Part shown: piece after piece, positions 12,001 through 22,025 of the stretch
How positions within the stretch are numbered: the stretch's first letter is position 1
Layout of the letters: each line of letters starts with the position of its first letter
DNA from: Takakia lepidozioides
Lineage: Eukaryota > Plantae > Bryophyta
Length of the DNA: 64,000 nt
Assembly: GCA_030704615.1 (NCBI GenBank)
Contig: CM060731.1
Location: 29,822,001-29,886,000, forward strand
Direction: 5' to 3'
Notes under the pieces: generated by a model
The model's database searches: none
Seen by the model: the letters and a program-made list of their open reading frames with translations, nothing else
What the model was told of the DNA's origin: nothing
Made by a program: the position numbers and the translations under genes

Positions 12001-14578
12001 AGACAATCACCTTCTTCCAAGCCCCCTCCACATTCGCAACCCTTGCTGCCAGTTGTGGCCGAACTGCCTTTCCAACCTCTATGTCCTGCAACCCAGGCCA
12101 AGTGATGTGTTGCTCGATTTCAACTCAAATTGAAGAATTTTTTTCAAAAGGTGGAATCTGAATTAAGAGGTTTCAAACAGAGCCACACAACTCCCATTCA
12201 TATCTTGTGGTGATTCTCAAGATTCCAATAGTGTACCTGGCGCTTATGCCGCTTGTTGCGGTCACGAAGCTTTTCGCACACCAGCTTCAAGTCACAGGTG
12301 ACATTAAACACATCTGTCGCATCAGGGTGAAGCTCACTGAACACTGTTTTTTCGCTCACCCCCAGCTTCAAATCTGGAGCATCCCCCGAGCCCATTACAG
12401 ATAAATTCCTCCCTTAAATGCCTTAAATTAAGGTTGCGCATTCCCAGAAAATTTGTGTCAAAAGCCTCATTAAACTGCACCACACAGGTCATGATTCCCT
12501 AATCCGAGAAGTTTACTGATAAACCCCTTTAGGTTGTTTCAACTGCAGGACACATGTCTCCAAACCAGCCACACTTCTCTTTCTATTTGTGCCAAGAGCT
12601 TCTAGATCATGTGCGACACAGTCAAGTTCCCAGTGCACCACTTCCCACTTGGAGAACTTACCATGTAATCTATGAAATCCCAGGAAGTTTAGTGAACTAG
12701 ACCTTGATTCCTAAACCCTGCCTCTAACTTAGCTTAGAGAGAAGCTCGCCATACCAAAAGATTCGCCAGATATTGGCCTTGCAATGAGACTGGTGCTATG
12801 TGATCAAGATTAGAATTTTTGACATTCTATTGCCATGGGAAGAAAGCTCAGTTATGACCCTCCTCTCATTGACCATCAGATGTGTTTGGCATGCAGAAGC
12901 TCAACTCTTGAAGCCTTTCTGATTGACACAAAAGCAAATTTAACCAACTGAACGCAATGTGTGATGACTCATGACCTTCATGTTGCCAATAATAAGAGCA
13001 GGGTGCTGCAACCACCTACCCTTCAAAATGATCATGATGATCCATCGCATTTCCTGATGATTGGTCTTGCTTATTAGCTCCGAGAGCACAGCAGTCTTCT
13101 CCTCCCTGCAGGCAATAACCCTTTCAGATGCCCAGCAACAGATTTCCTAAAGGCCTGACTAGGACGACTAGATGGCCCACTGAGCTACTTGCCCCTGTGT
13201 TGCTCCCAGCCTAAGTATCATTTCGCCAAGGCACCGATGTGGAGATATTGGCCTGCAACTAGGTTGTTAAATAAAACAATTTCCCCAACCTTGATAACAA
13301 GAGTAACTGGTGCTCAATATTGAGAACAGAAAACCTTTACAAGTCTGAGACTACCCCTTCATAAGGAGATCCCCGGAAAGATGGGGCATGTCAGCAATCT
13401 GTGGGATTGGAAATCTAATTTCCTCCTAGCTATGCTAGGCTATGCAGGAGCTCTCCAAATTGGGGGCCAGAAATTCTGCATGAACACGAGATTTGCTCAC
13501 TGCACATGCTTGCCTCCAATAACCCTTCATGTCATCATTTTCTTCAGTTTGTTTGTTTCAGTGGGCATTCCATACATCAATGGACTGGCATTTGGAAGAA
13601 TTCTTGCCTGTTTTGACCTGCAGCCAGGCGGTCAAGAAGGTCATTGACGTCTTTGATTTTGAGGCCCCCAGATATTGCTTTCTGCCGCCTGTAAAGCACC
13701 TGCATTCCAACATTTCAAATACATCCATGACCCCAGGGGAAATCTTCCAAGTCAAGTTCAATTCCATGATGAATCCTCATGGTCCTAAACCCATGCGGTA
13801 AAAAGAGACAGTGTGCAAGAGAATGTCTAAATAGGCGACAACATAGCCTAGTTCACTAGCGATACCACAGACATCTACGACAGAGTAGAAGCCGGACGTG
13901 CAAAGTAAAGGTAAACATAGGTGTACTTTGAAAAACAGAGGAAAGCACAAAATAGCCAGTCTAATCCACAACATGCGCCCACCTTCAGACTTTGCCTGAG
14001 GCGTCACTCCTTCCTCCCTGGTAATGAGGTGGTTCACGAATTTCACTAAACAAGGTGGAATATGGTCAAATTGAGATTAAACATTTGCTGTTTTGTTGTG
14101 AAAGGTTGAAATCTTAGGGATTCTCTTACGTCAACATTCCGTCCAAGAGAATCACAAGCGAATTGTAGGCAAAACCAAAACTTGTCAACAATTCATAGCA
14201 TCCCAAATCCATGCGAGCATATCAACAGGTTTAGAAACACACCTCTGCAGCAACCATGGGGAAGTTGCCAGCATTGGCACCGGCACGCTGCCCACCCTTT
14301 CTCCAATTCAAGAGCTTCTGTGCGTCTGCCGAATCCTTGGCCAACCCTAGTGCATCTGTCAGAAATTTTGCGAGCACCGCTTCTTTTAATCCATAGTTAC
14401 CCCTCTCCTTGTCCAGCTCGGGAAGAATCAGACGCAGCGCGCTAAAGAATTGGTGGTCTGTATACACATGGTCCAGGAATGTGCGAATATGCTTGCGTTT
14501 TATTACACCTTTTTTGCTCCTGGCGACTGCGTCCAGCATGCTACATAGCACTGAAAACTGTACGGTCGCGTCGCTCAT
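21..14578 (-). CDS. LIG4: DNA ligase IV (NHEJ ligase), about 25 exons
   Basis: Exon 1 (14578-14243) MSDATVQF...LRLILPELDKERGNYGLKE. Adenylation motif ECKFDGDRIQVHK (~11645-11737). Further motifs CILDGEMLVWD, YVAFDILY, EGVVLKDL..W.KLKPDY, FCKVGTG, SLRFPR. BRCT1 (VVENGGTFSMNL..VTQ), inter-BRCT DELGDSYF, BRCT2. The last visible exon (390 downward) either stops at 21 or splices near 63 and continues outside the window. Confidence 0.95.
587..651 (+). repeat. Short retroposon-like 3' tail, family A, ending in (TTTCA)n
   Basis: CCATTTTGTCCCATAAGCTCTATGAGCTTTCCGCGGACGTTATAAAGTACCATTTCATTTCATTT. Near-identical copies on the minus strand at ~2161-2224, ~2293-2365 and ~10706-10786, and a variant at ~685-756. 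Confidence 0.75.
2161..2365 (-). repeat. Two tandem copies of family A tail in a LIG4 intron
   Basis: Both match the reverse complement of 587-651. Confidence 0.75.
2665..3800 (-). mobile_element. 5'-truncated non-LTR retrotransposon (family B, RTE-X/CR1-like C-terminus)
   Basis: ORF 2674-3645 has the post-RT LEYGSAIW motif and the zinc finger CPLCGQSEDSIHFLIHC. The stop codon is followed by almost no 3' UTR. Clade assignment is tentative. Confidence 0.8.
3862..4455 (+). mobile_element. Two degenerate family B LINE 3' fragments in opposite orientation to 2665-3800
   Basis: LGTRLKFKL..G.LPLN.KQ..R.KG.C.CP..IHFLI.C. Terminal motif GGGTCTATGGCCAC..GGCTATGG...TCTTATGAGTACATTCT at ~3925-3975 and ~4408-4455. 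Confidence 0.75.
5934..6313 (-). other. Second U12-type GT-AG intron of LIG4
   Basis: Donor GTATCCTTTT at 6313. Splicing restores LNF-Y-FVNN at the start of BRCT1. The branch site is a weak match only (GTTTTGAG). Confidence 0.7.
10313..10495 (-). other. U12-type (minor spliceosome) GT-AG intron of LIG4
   Basis: Donor GTATCCTTTT at 10495. Branch TTCCTTGAC at 10336-10328, about 14 nt before CAG. Splicing restores QQ-LCY-VAFDILY. Confidence 0.85.
10706..10786 (-). repeat. Family A tail copy
   Basis: (GAAAT)n GGTCCTTTAACGTCCGCGGAAAGCTCAAAGAGCTCATGGGACAAAATGG. Confidence 0.7.
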
Positions 14579-14800
14579 CTTTCTGGATTCAACCTCCCGT
14601 TCACATCTGTTGTGGTTTCAACACGCAGGCCAGAGATCTTCCACAGACTTGTTCAAGTGTGGGAGACGACAACTAACGACAGGCTAGAAGATAGAAGAAG
14701 ACGAATTGTGGAGATTTGCGCTTCCGAATTGTCAACTTCAGGTAAAACCTTTCAAAATCCTTCTCCAAACCGATACAATCCAACTCTTTTGATACAATCC

Positions 14801-14816
14801 AACCCTAAACCCTAAA
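14801..14816. promoter_or_regulatory. Telo-box (two AAACCCT-type units) in the LIG4 5' region
   Basis: AACCCTAAACCCTAAA. A G-box GCCACGTGG lies at ~15096-15104. Function not shown. Confidence 0.35.
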
Positions 14817-16094
14817 CTCCTTTGAAGATTGTGGTGCGCTGCACACGATTTCTGCGAGAGGGGAAGAGCGAGAGACGTTAAACGCCCGGCGAGCAGACAG
14901 CACTCCAGAACTTGACGAGTAGAACCACTCCGTCCACTGGACAGACTCTCCATCCATTGACTATACTCACTATCCGCCAGTTAATACCTTTATCCGGTTA
15001 TCTCACACATCAACTAGAGCTGTACGATCGCCGGCGGGTCGCCGGCGAAGGTTGCCGACATAATAACCCCGCAGTACCCGGACAGGCTAGTCACTGCCAC
15101 GTGGAGATCAGGCTGCTACCTCAGGTATGAGGTGGATACATTCAAATTTTTTTTCCTTAAGTTTTTTCGTTATTTTCTTCTTTTATTAAAAAGGCCAAAA
15201 TCAAAAAAAAAATATATATTAAAAAAAATCAAACCACCAGTCACTAGCTGGATAGTGATTTTGGGTTCAAATCCTGCTATCTTGTCAGGTGTGGTATAAT
15301 CTTCTCCCCCTTCCCTTTGGACGCTGTTCCTTGTGCCTTGTGCTGAGCGCCTCATGGAAGGTTTAGTGTCCACTATAATTAAGGGGCATGCGGGCGCTCT
15401 TGGGTATTTCCCTTTCTTTAAAATTTAAGAAAAAAACAAAAACAAGCGGCTCGCTCGTCGGCTAATCGCTCTTCTTAGTTGATGAGATATATTGGTAGCA
15501 AAAAATATGATTATGAAATTTAAAAACAATAAATACAAGTTTTGTGGTACGTCCAATATGCTTTTGTTTGATACAATAGAAATAATATCGTTGAGGCACA
15601 TTGGTCCAAACGTGATCTAATTGAGAGCCATATGCGGTGCTTATAATTTTTGAATTGTAGTTGCATGATTGTTGACAGAGAATTATTTTATAAAATATCT
15701 ACTCTAGATATTTTCAATACTATTGTTGAAAAATAAATATAAAATTTGTTTATGTTTCGTATTTTTTGTATATCTAAAAAAAGAAACCAATTTTTGTTTT
15801 GAAAAGGGGACTGAGGGATGAAGCACTGGAACAAAATTAAAAACAAATTGATCACAAAAAAACATACAACCTCAATAATTGATAATAGTGGATTAGGTAA
15901 AGCATTTCCTATGAATGGTTCAAAATTCGAATGTGTTTTCACAACCATCCGCCATACTACAACGGGCAGTTGAGTTCATATTTGTATAATGCCTAAGCCT
16001 CCAATTTATTTTGTCATAGGGGAATCCACAAATTGGGAGAGCATCTAATAGTTGAGAAAGTTGGAGGACCGGACTCTGTACGAATCATAATGTC

Positions 16095-16737
16095 TATCAC
16101 GGACATAGCCCAGAAGAACTTACCAGGAGTAAATACCAGAAGTTACCAAGTTACCAAGTTACCAAGTTACCATGTTACTAAAAGTTATCATGATTTACCA
16201 TGATCTACCATGATTTACCATTACTTACCAATTTACCAAGAGTTTACCAAATTACCAAGAATAATTTGGCAAACTGCTCAGGAAGCTTCATTTGGAGGAA
16301 ACTTCTTCGTCAAGATACCTCATTTGTTTAAGGAAGCTTCTTCATCAAGAAACCTTTGTTTAATCTTGAAAACTTCTCCAGCAAGAAACCTCCATAGGGA
16401 AGCTTCTTAGTAGCCAGTATATATAAGAGGCGAGACTGGATTCTCTTCAGTCTCACCAACACCAGTTCAAGCTACTCTTATTTCCAATTCCCAGTATTCC
16501 AGTCCAGTTCCCAGTACCCTAGTCCAGTTTCCAATATCCGGTACTCCAGTCCAGTTTCCAGCATTCCAGTATTCAAGTCGTGATCCAATATATTGTACTT
16601 TTGTTCATTGTTATAAAGATCGTCTTGATTCATATTTACTCATCATGCATTCGGCCACGCCGACCTTGACTCTTGTCTAGTCTTGTTCATCTAGTCTGAT
16701 CTCTTGTTTGTGTTCGGTCATGTTCTCGTCCTTGACA
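16095..16737 (+). repeat. 5' LTR of the Ty3/Gypsy element
   Basis: Terminal inverted repeats TATCACGGAC...GTCCTTGACA. TATA box at 16418-16427. Internal AAGTTACC and CCAGTATTCCAGT-like tandem arrays. PBS follows directly. Confidence 0.75.
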
Positions 16738-19700
16738 GTTTGGCGAGACTAAAGTTTGTTCCTTAGTAGTTAAGATGGAAGGCACATTTGCGGAAACGGT
16801 CGTCACATTGCAGAGTCTTCAGCTCCAGATGCAAGAACTTCGTACCTCTACCGCCCAATTGCAAGCTAATCAGTCTCAAGATCTTGGTAACATTCTCCAC
16901 AATTTGCAACAACAAATTTCAGAGTTAAAGGAGTCGAACAATGGATCTTCGACCATACGAGTCCCTATTGCAATAGCTCATACTGCAACGGTTCCTCTTC
17001 AACAGATTACGAAAGAACCAAAGATCAGCATGCCCAAGAAATTTGATGGGACAAGATTAAAATTTCGTGGTTTTGTTCAACAAGTACGACTGTTCCTACG
17101 ACTACATCCACAACGCTACCCCGATGAAGGTATTCAAGTGGGATTCGTGGGCACCATTTTATCAGACACTGCTCTATCTTGGTTTGCACCGCTATTAGAA
17201 AAAAAATCGCATTTACTATATAATTTTGAAGCATTCATGTCCGAGTTCACTGCAACGTTTAGAGAGAATGATAGAGAGAAAGTTGCAGAGACAAAGATGC
17301 GAAATCTTCGACAATGAGCACGTCCTGCTTCCGTTTATGCTACCAAATTTCGACAACTTGCGTGCGATCTCGACTAGAATGAGAAGAGCCTCAATAGTCA
17401 GTTTCGATGTGGGCCAAAAGATGATGTAAAAGATTTGTTGCTGATAATGTCAAACGTGAGTACACTGAGCGAATTCATCACGCAAGTCATTGCATGCGAT
17501 AATTGTTTGTTCGAAAGACGTCAAGAGAAGCGATCTGGATGGTCGACGACGCACCATGCCGCTACTACTACGGCACCAAACACAACGATCCATCAGACAT
17601 TCGGTAATGATCTTATGCAGATTGATGTTGTCCGATTCAAGCCATTGACGCCACAAGAAAAACAAAGATGGCGCTTAAATGGATTATGCCTTTATTGGAG
17701 AGAAGATGATCACATAACATTAAACTGCCCTAACAAGAAAATATTCAAAGCTCGAGGCACAACTCAGGTGTTCAATACGAGGAGGTCGGAAAACGAAGAT
17801 GTCAAATCACAGTAGGGACCATGCGGCTGGACACCCCAAATTCCTCACCAAAAAAAGGTCTATTTCTACCTTCAGACCCTGTACCTTGTTTCACAGTTCC
17901 AGTAAAGATCTAGATCAGGATGCAATTGAGATATCTCCGTAGAAGCACTTTTGGACTATGACGCTTCAACGTGTTTTATTGACAAAAACTTTGCGAAATA
18001 ACACAATTTAACACTCGTAAGAAAGAAATTTTCGGCCCTTGTTGAAGTCATCGATGGACGACCGTTAGCATCTAGAAATATTGACCATAAAACTCAACCC
18101 CTTGAAGTGAAGCTTAAAAATCAAACATCACAGATTGTTTTCAATGTCATCCAGTCTCCAACAAATCCTGTGATCATTGGACTTCCCTGGTTTGTACTTC
18201 ATAATCCTGACATCGACTGGCGATCATGAGCAATTTCGGTAAGACAAAAATGCAAAAGTACCAAAGGTATTCAACTCCTGTTTCTTGGAGCTAGAGCCTT
18301 CATGAGAGCTACGAAGAAAGACGCGACATTTGCACTTTATGCGACTCCGATCAAAACCACAACAAACCAAGGTACTTCGACATTACCCACTCAATATCAA
18401 GATTTCAAGGATGTCTACGAGAAGAAAAATGCAGACATGTTGCCAGAACATCGACCTTATGATTGTGCAATTGAGTTGCAAGAAGAAGCTCAACCACCAT
18501 TTGGCCCGATCTACAATTTATCTCAGATGGAGCTGGCTGCTTTACGCGAATACATTGATGAAAATTTGTCAAAGAATTTCATTCGACATTCGAAATTACC
18601 CGCGGGAGCACCTATCTTATTTGTGAAGAAGAAAGACGAATCGTAACGCATGTGAGTGGACTATCGTGGGCTCAACAAAGTCACTATACAAAATCGTTAT
18701 CCACTACCACTGATTTTCGGACTCCTCGAACAACTTAGATGAGCAAATTTTTTCACAAAGATCGACTTGAGAGGAGCTTACAACCTTGTACGAATAAAAG
18801 AAGGAGACGAATGGAAAACTGCTTTTCGCACAAGGTACGGACATTTCAAATACAGTGTTATGCTTTTCGGTCTTACAAATGCTCCAGCAATTTTTCAACA
18901 CATCATGAATAACATCTTTCGAGATTTTTTAGATGACTTTGTAGTCATCTATTTGGACGACATTTTGATATTTTCACAGAATGAAGAAGAACATGGTTGT
19001 CATGTACGCCTTGTTCTTGATAAATTGAGGGAAAAAAACCCATATGTCAAGTTGAAAAAATCTCTTTTCCACCAATCTGAGGTCGAATTTCTGGGCTACA
19101 TTACTTCCGACAAATGAGTTTTTATGGATCAGAAGAAAATACAAACCATCATCGAGTGGATTAAACCAACTTCGATCCGAGCTGTACAATATTTTCTAGG
19201 ATTTGCAAATTTCTATAGAATCTTCATCAAAGACTACTTCAAAATTGCTGCACCATTGACACGACTCACAGGGAATGACAAATTTGTATGGGACGAGAAG
19301 GCCGACCAAACATTTGAAAGGCTGAAGCAGACATTTACAACGGCTCCAATACTAGTACATACAGACCCATCTAAACCATTCTTTTTGGAAGCAAATGCAT
19401 CGGACTTTGCACTTGGCTCGGTACTCTCTCAATATGGTACAGATGGCCGATTTCACCCTGTTGGTTCTCATTCTCGCAAATTTTTTCCGCTGCGGAGATC
19501 AATTATGAAATCCATGACAAAGAACTTCAAGAGATTATTGATGCTTTTGAGGAGTGGCGTCATCTATTGGAGAGAGCTAAATATCAAGTCACACCCTATA
19601 CTGATCATAAAAACCTCGAGTATTTTATGAGTGCTCGTGTTTTGAATCGACATCAAGCGCGATAAAGTATGTCACTAGCAAGGTTTGATTTTGTTATTAC

Positions 19701-20710
19701 CTACCGTCCCGGAAATCTTCAAGGAAAACCAGATGCTCTTTCTCGACGATCGTAACTTGCGCCAAAAGAAGGGGATGCAGCTTTTGACCAACAGAAATTC
19801 AACATCTTGAAACCAGCAAATTTCCAAATGAATATGCTATCCATATTCACCTATGACGATATAGAGATCATAAATGAGATTCATGGAGCACTGAAAAGCG
19901 ACAAATTTGCTACGACACTACGAAGTCAATTAAATTGACCTCGAGACAACCCACATGTTACAAACGACTTTGAATTCAAAGATGACTACTTTATTTCAAG
20001 GGACTTCTCTATGTACCTCCAAGACCTACACAACTTCGAATTCTTCAAACATGTCATGATCTTTCGGCTGTAGGACATTTCGACTTCAACAAAACAATGG
20101 AATTGATATCCAGGGACTACTGGTGGCCGCAGTTGTGGAAACTCATGAAAAAATTTATAAAATCTTACGACACGTGTGCTAGAACGAAGGGACCACGACA
20201 TCAATCTTACGCCCTTTTTCAACCATTACCCATTCCCAAGGGTCCATGGTCGTCCGTGTCTATGGACTTTATTACGCACCTTCCAATGTCCAAGACCACC
20301 GATTCAATCTTTGTTATTGTAGATCGTTTTACGAAGATGACACATTTCATTCTATGTGATAAGACGGTTACTGGCGAGGAAACTGCAAGACTCTTCCTCA
20401 ATAATATCTACCGCATTCATGGACTCCCGAAAGACATCGTATCTGATCGATGACCACAGTTCATATCAAATTTCTGGAGGGGATTATTTCACATATTGAA
20501 TACGAAGATCAACCTCTCTACAACTAATCATCCACAGACTGATGGTCAAACCGAACGTGTCAACCAGATTTTGGAGCAGTATCTTCGTTGTACGATAAAT
20601 TATCACCAAGATAATTGGACGGACCTTTTGTCATTGGCTGAGTTTGCCTACAACAACAATATACATTCTTCGACCAAACAAACTCCATTTTTCTCCAATT
20701 ATGGTCATCA
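16095..20710 (+). mobile_element. Decayed Ty3/Gypsy LTR retrotransposon (Tf1/sushi/Tcn1-like), 3'-truncated
   Basis: gag (PKKFDG, degenerate CX2CX4HX4C knuckle), protease ALLDYDAS, RT ([22 protein letters not shown]), RNase H (ASDFALGSVL), integrase (SMDFIT, SDR, HPQTDGQTERVNQ). Many stops and frameshifts. No 3' LTR. Confidence 0.92.
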
Positions 20711-21159
20711 TCGCCCAGTCAACTCCCATATGAGCCAATCGACTCTTCGACCGGTCATTTTGCCTTTGCCCATATTAAGTCTCGCCTTTAAGTTTCCATG
20801 ATATGCCTCGATGTTTGCATTAGTATCTTGGCTTGCTTGTGGAATGTTGCGGGCAGCCGTACACCACATAGCCATTTTGGGAACCCAGTACACATGAATT
20901 TGGTGGACGAACAACTGACCAGCATGATATTTCTTTTTCATTGCCTTCAATTTTTTCTTAACCCATTTCACAGTTTCGTCTTCTTTCTGCGGTCCACCTC
21001 TGTAGTACAGTCGCCCATATCTGCCAACAATTTCGAGGATGTTCCTAGATCACTGATTTTCTGGCATGATTGCTTGACCCAACCCTTCCGTACATACCAT
21101 AGGCAAAGAAAAATGCATACTGCTGTGAAAACAGACCTGCATGTGGCCACAAAGTCAGA

Positions 21160-21363
21160 AGTGCCTGAACCGGGCATTCGTATTCAGCACTGCCACAAGG
21201 GTGAGACCAAACAGGGTAGACCAAATAGGGCAAACCATATAGCAGACCCTAAAGCGGACCATAAGGCATACCATAGGGCAGACCATAGGGCATATCAAAC
21301 TCCCAGGGCACCTCACCCTATGCACCAAACTCCTTGGGAACCCTCGGCAGACGCTCAATGCTG

Positions 21364-21397
<34 letters not shown>

Positions 21398-21560
21398 AGA
21401 AGAAGGAAGAAGAAGAGGGAGGGCCATAAGGCAGACCATAGGGCAGAATGAGATGTGGCATACCGGATTCAGTACCGCCACAAGCGTGAGACCAGACAGG
21501 GCAGACCTTGCAGCGGACCATATAGCAGACCATAGGGCAGATTGAGATGGCATACCGGAT
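21160..21560. repeat. AGACCATAGGGC-type repeats and (GA)n(GAA)n microsatellite in a MULE intron
   Basis: Repeated GCAGACCATAGGGC blocks; (GA)n at ~21367-21392. Confidence 0.65.
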
Positions 21561-21819
21561 TGCATTGATTTCTGCTTCAACGTCGTCGACAATGAAGGCA
21601 TTTGGCCGCCAGGTGGGCTTTTCCTGAAGGAGGGCATCACGCTATGCTAGCATCAACGGGATAAGATCTGATGTTCGATTGCGTGCTGACAATATGTATG
21701 CAACCGGAATTCCGTTTAACCATTGGTCGAACACTATCAACGTGTACAAGGGGAACTGCATGAAATGACAATTTGTAATTATCAGACCAGTGTCGTACCG
21801 ACATGGCCTATTTTAACAA

Positions 21820-22025
21820 GGTGTACTAGCACAGGGTCTACTACAATAGGGTGAAAACGCACATGGTGTACTGCAACTTGGTGAACACGCACAAGGTGTA
21901 CTGCAACTTGGTGAATACGCACAGGGTCTACTGTAACAGGGTGAACACGCAAAAGGGTCTGCCCTAAAACAGAATGCAGTGGAAGGTATGATGGAACAGG
22001 GTGTACTGGGACAGGGTCTACAACA
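21820..22025. repeat. 39-bp minisatellite inside an intron of MULE copy 1
   Basis: Repeats of GGTGTACTGCAACTTGGTGAACACGCACA and CAGGGTCTAC. Confidence 0.7.

Noticed and set aside
14801-14816. Interstitial telomere
   Set aside because: Only two units; better explained as a telo-box or chance.
21820-22025. CRISPR-like repeat array
   Set aside because: Contiguous degenerate tandem units with no unique spacers, eukaryotic context and no cas genes.
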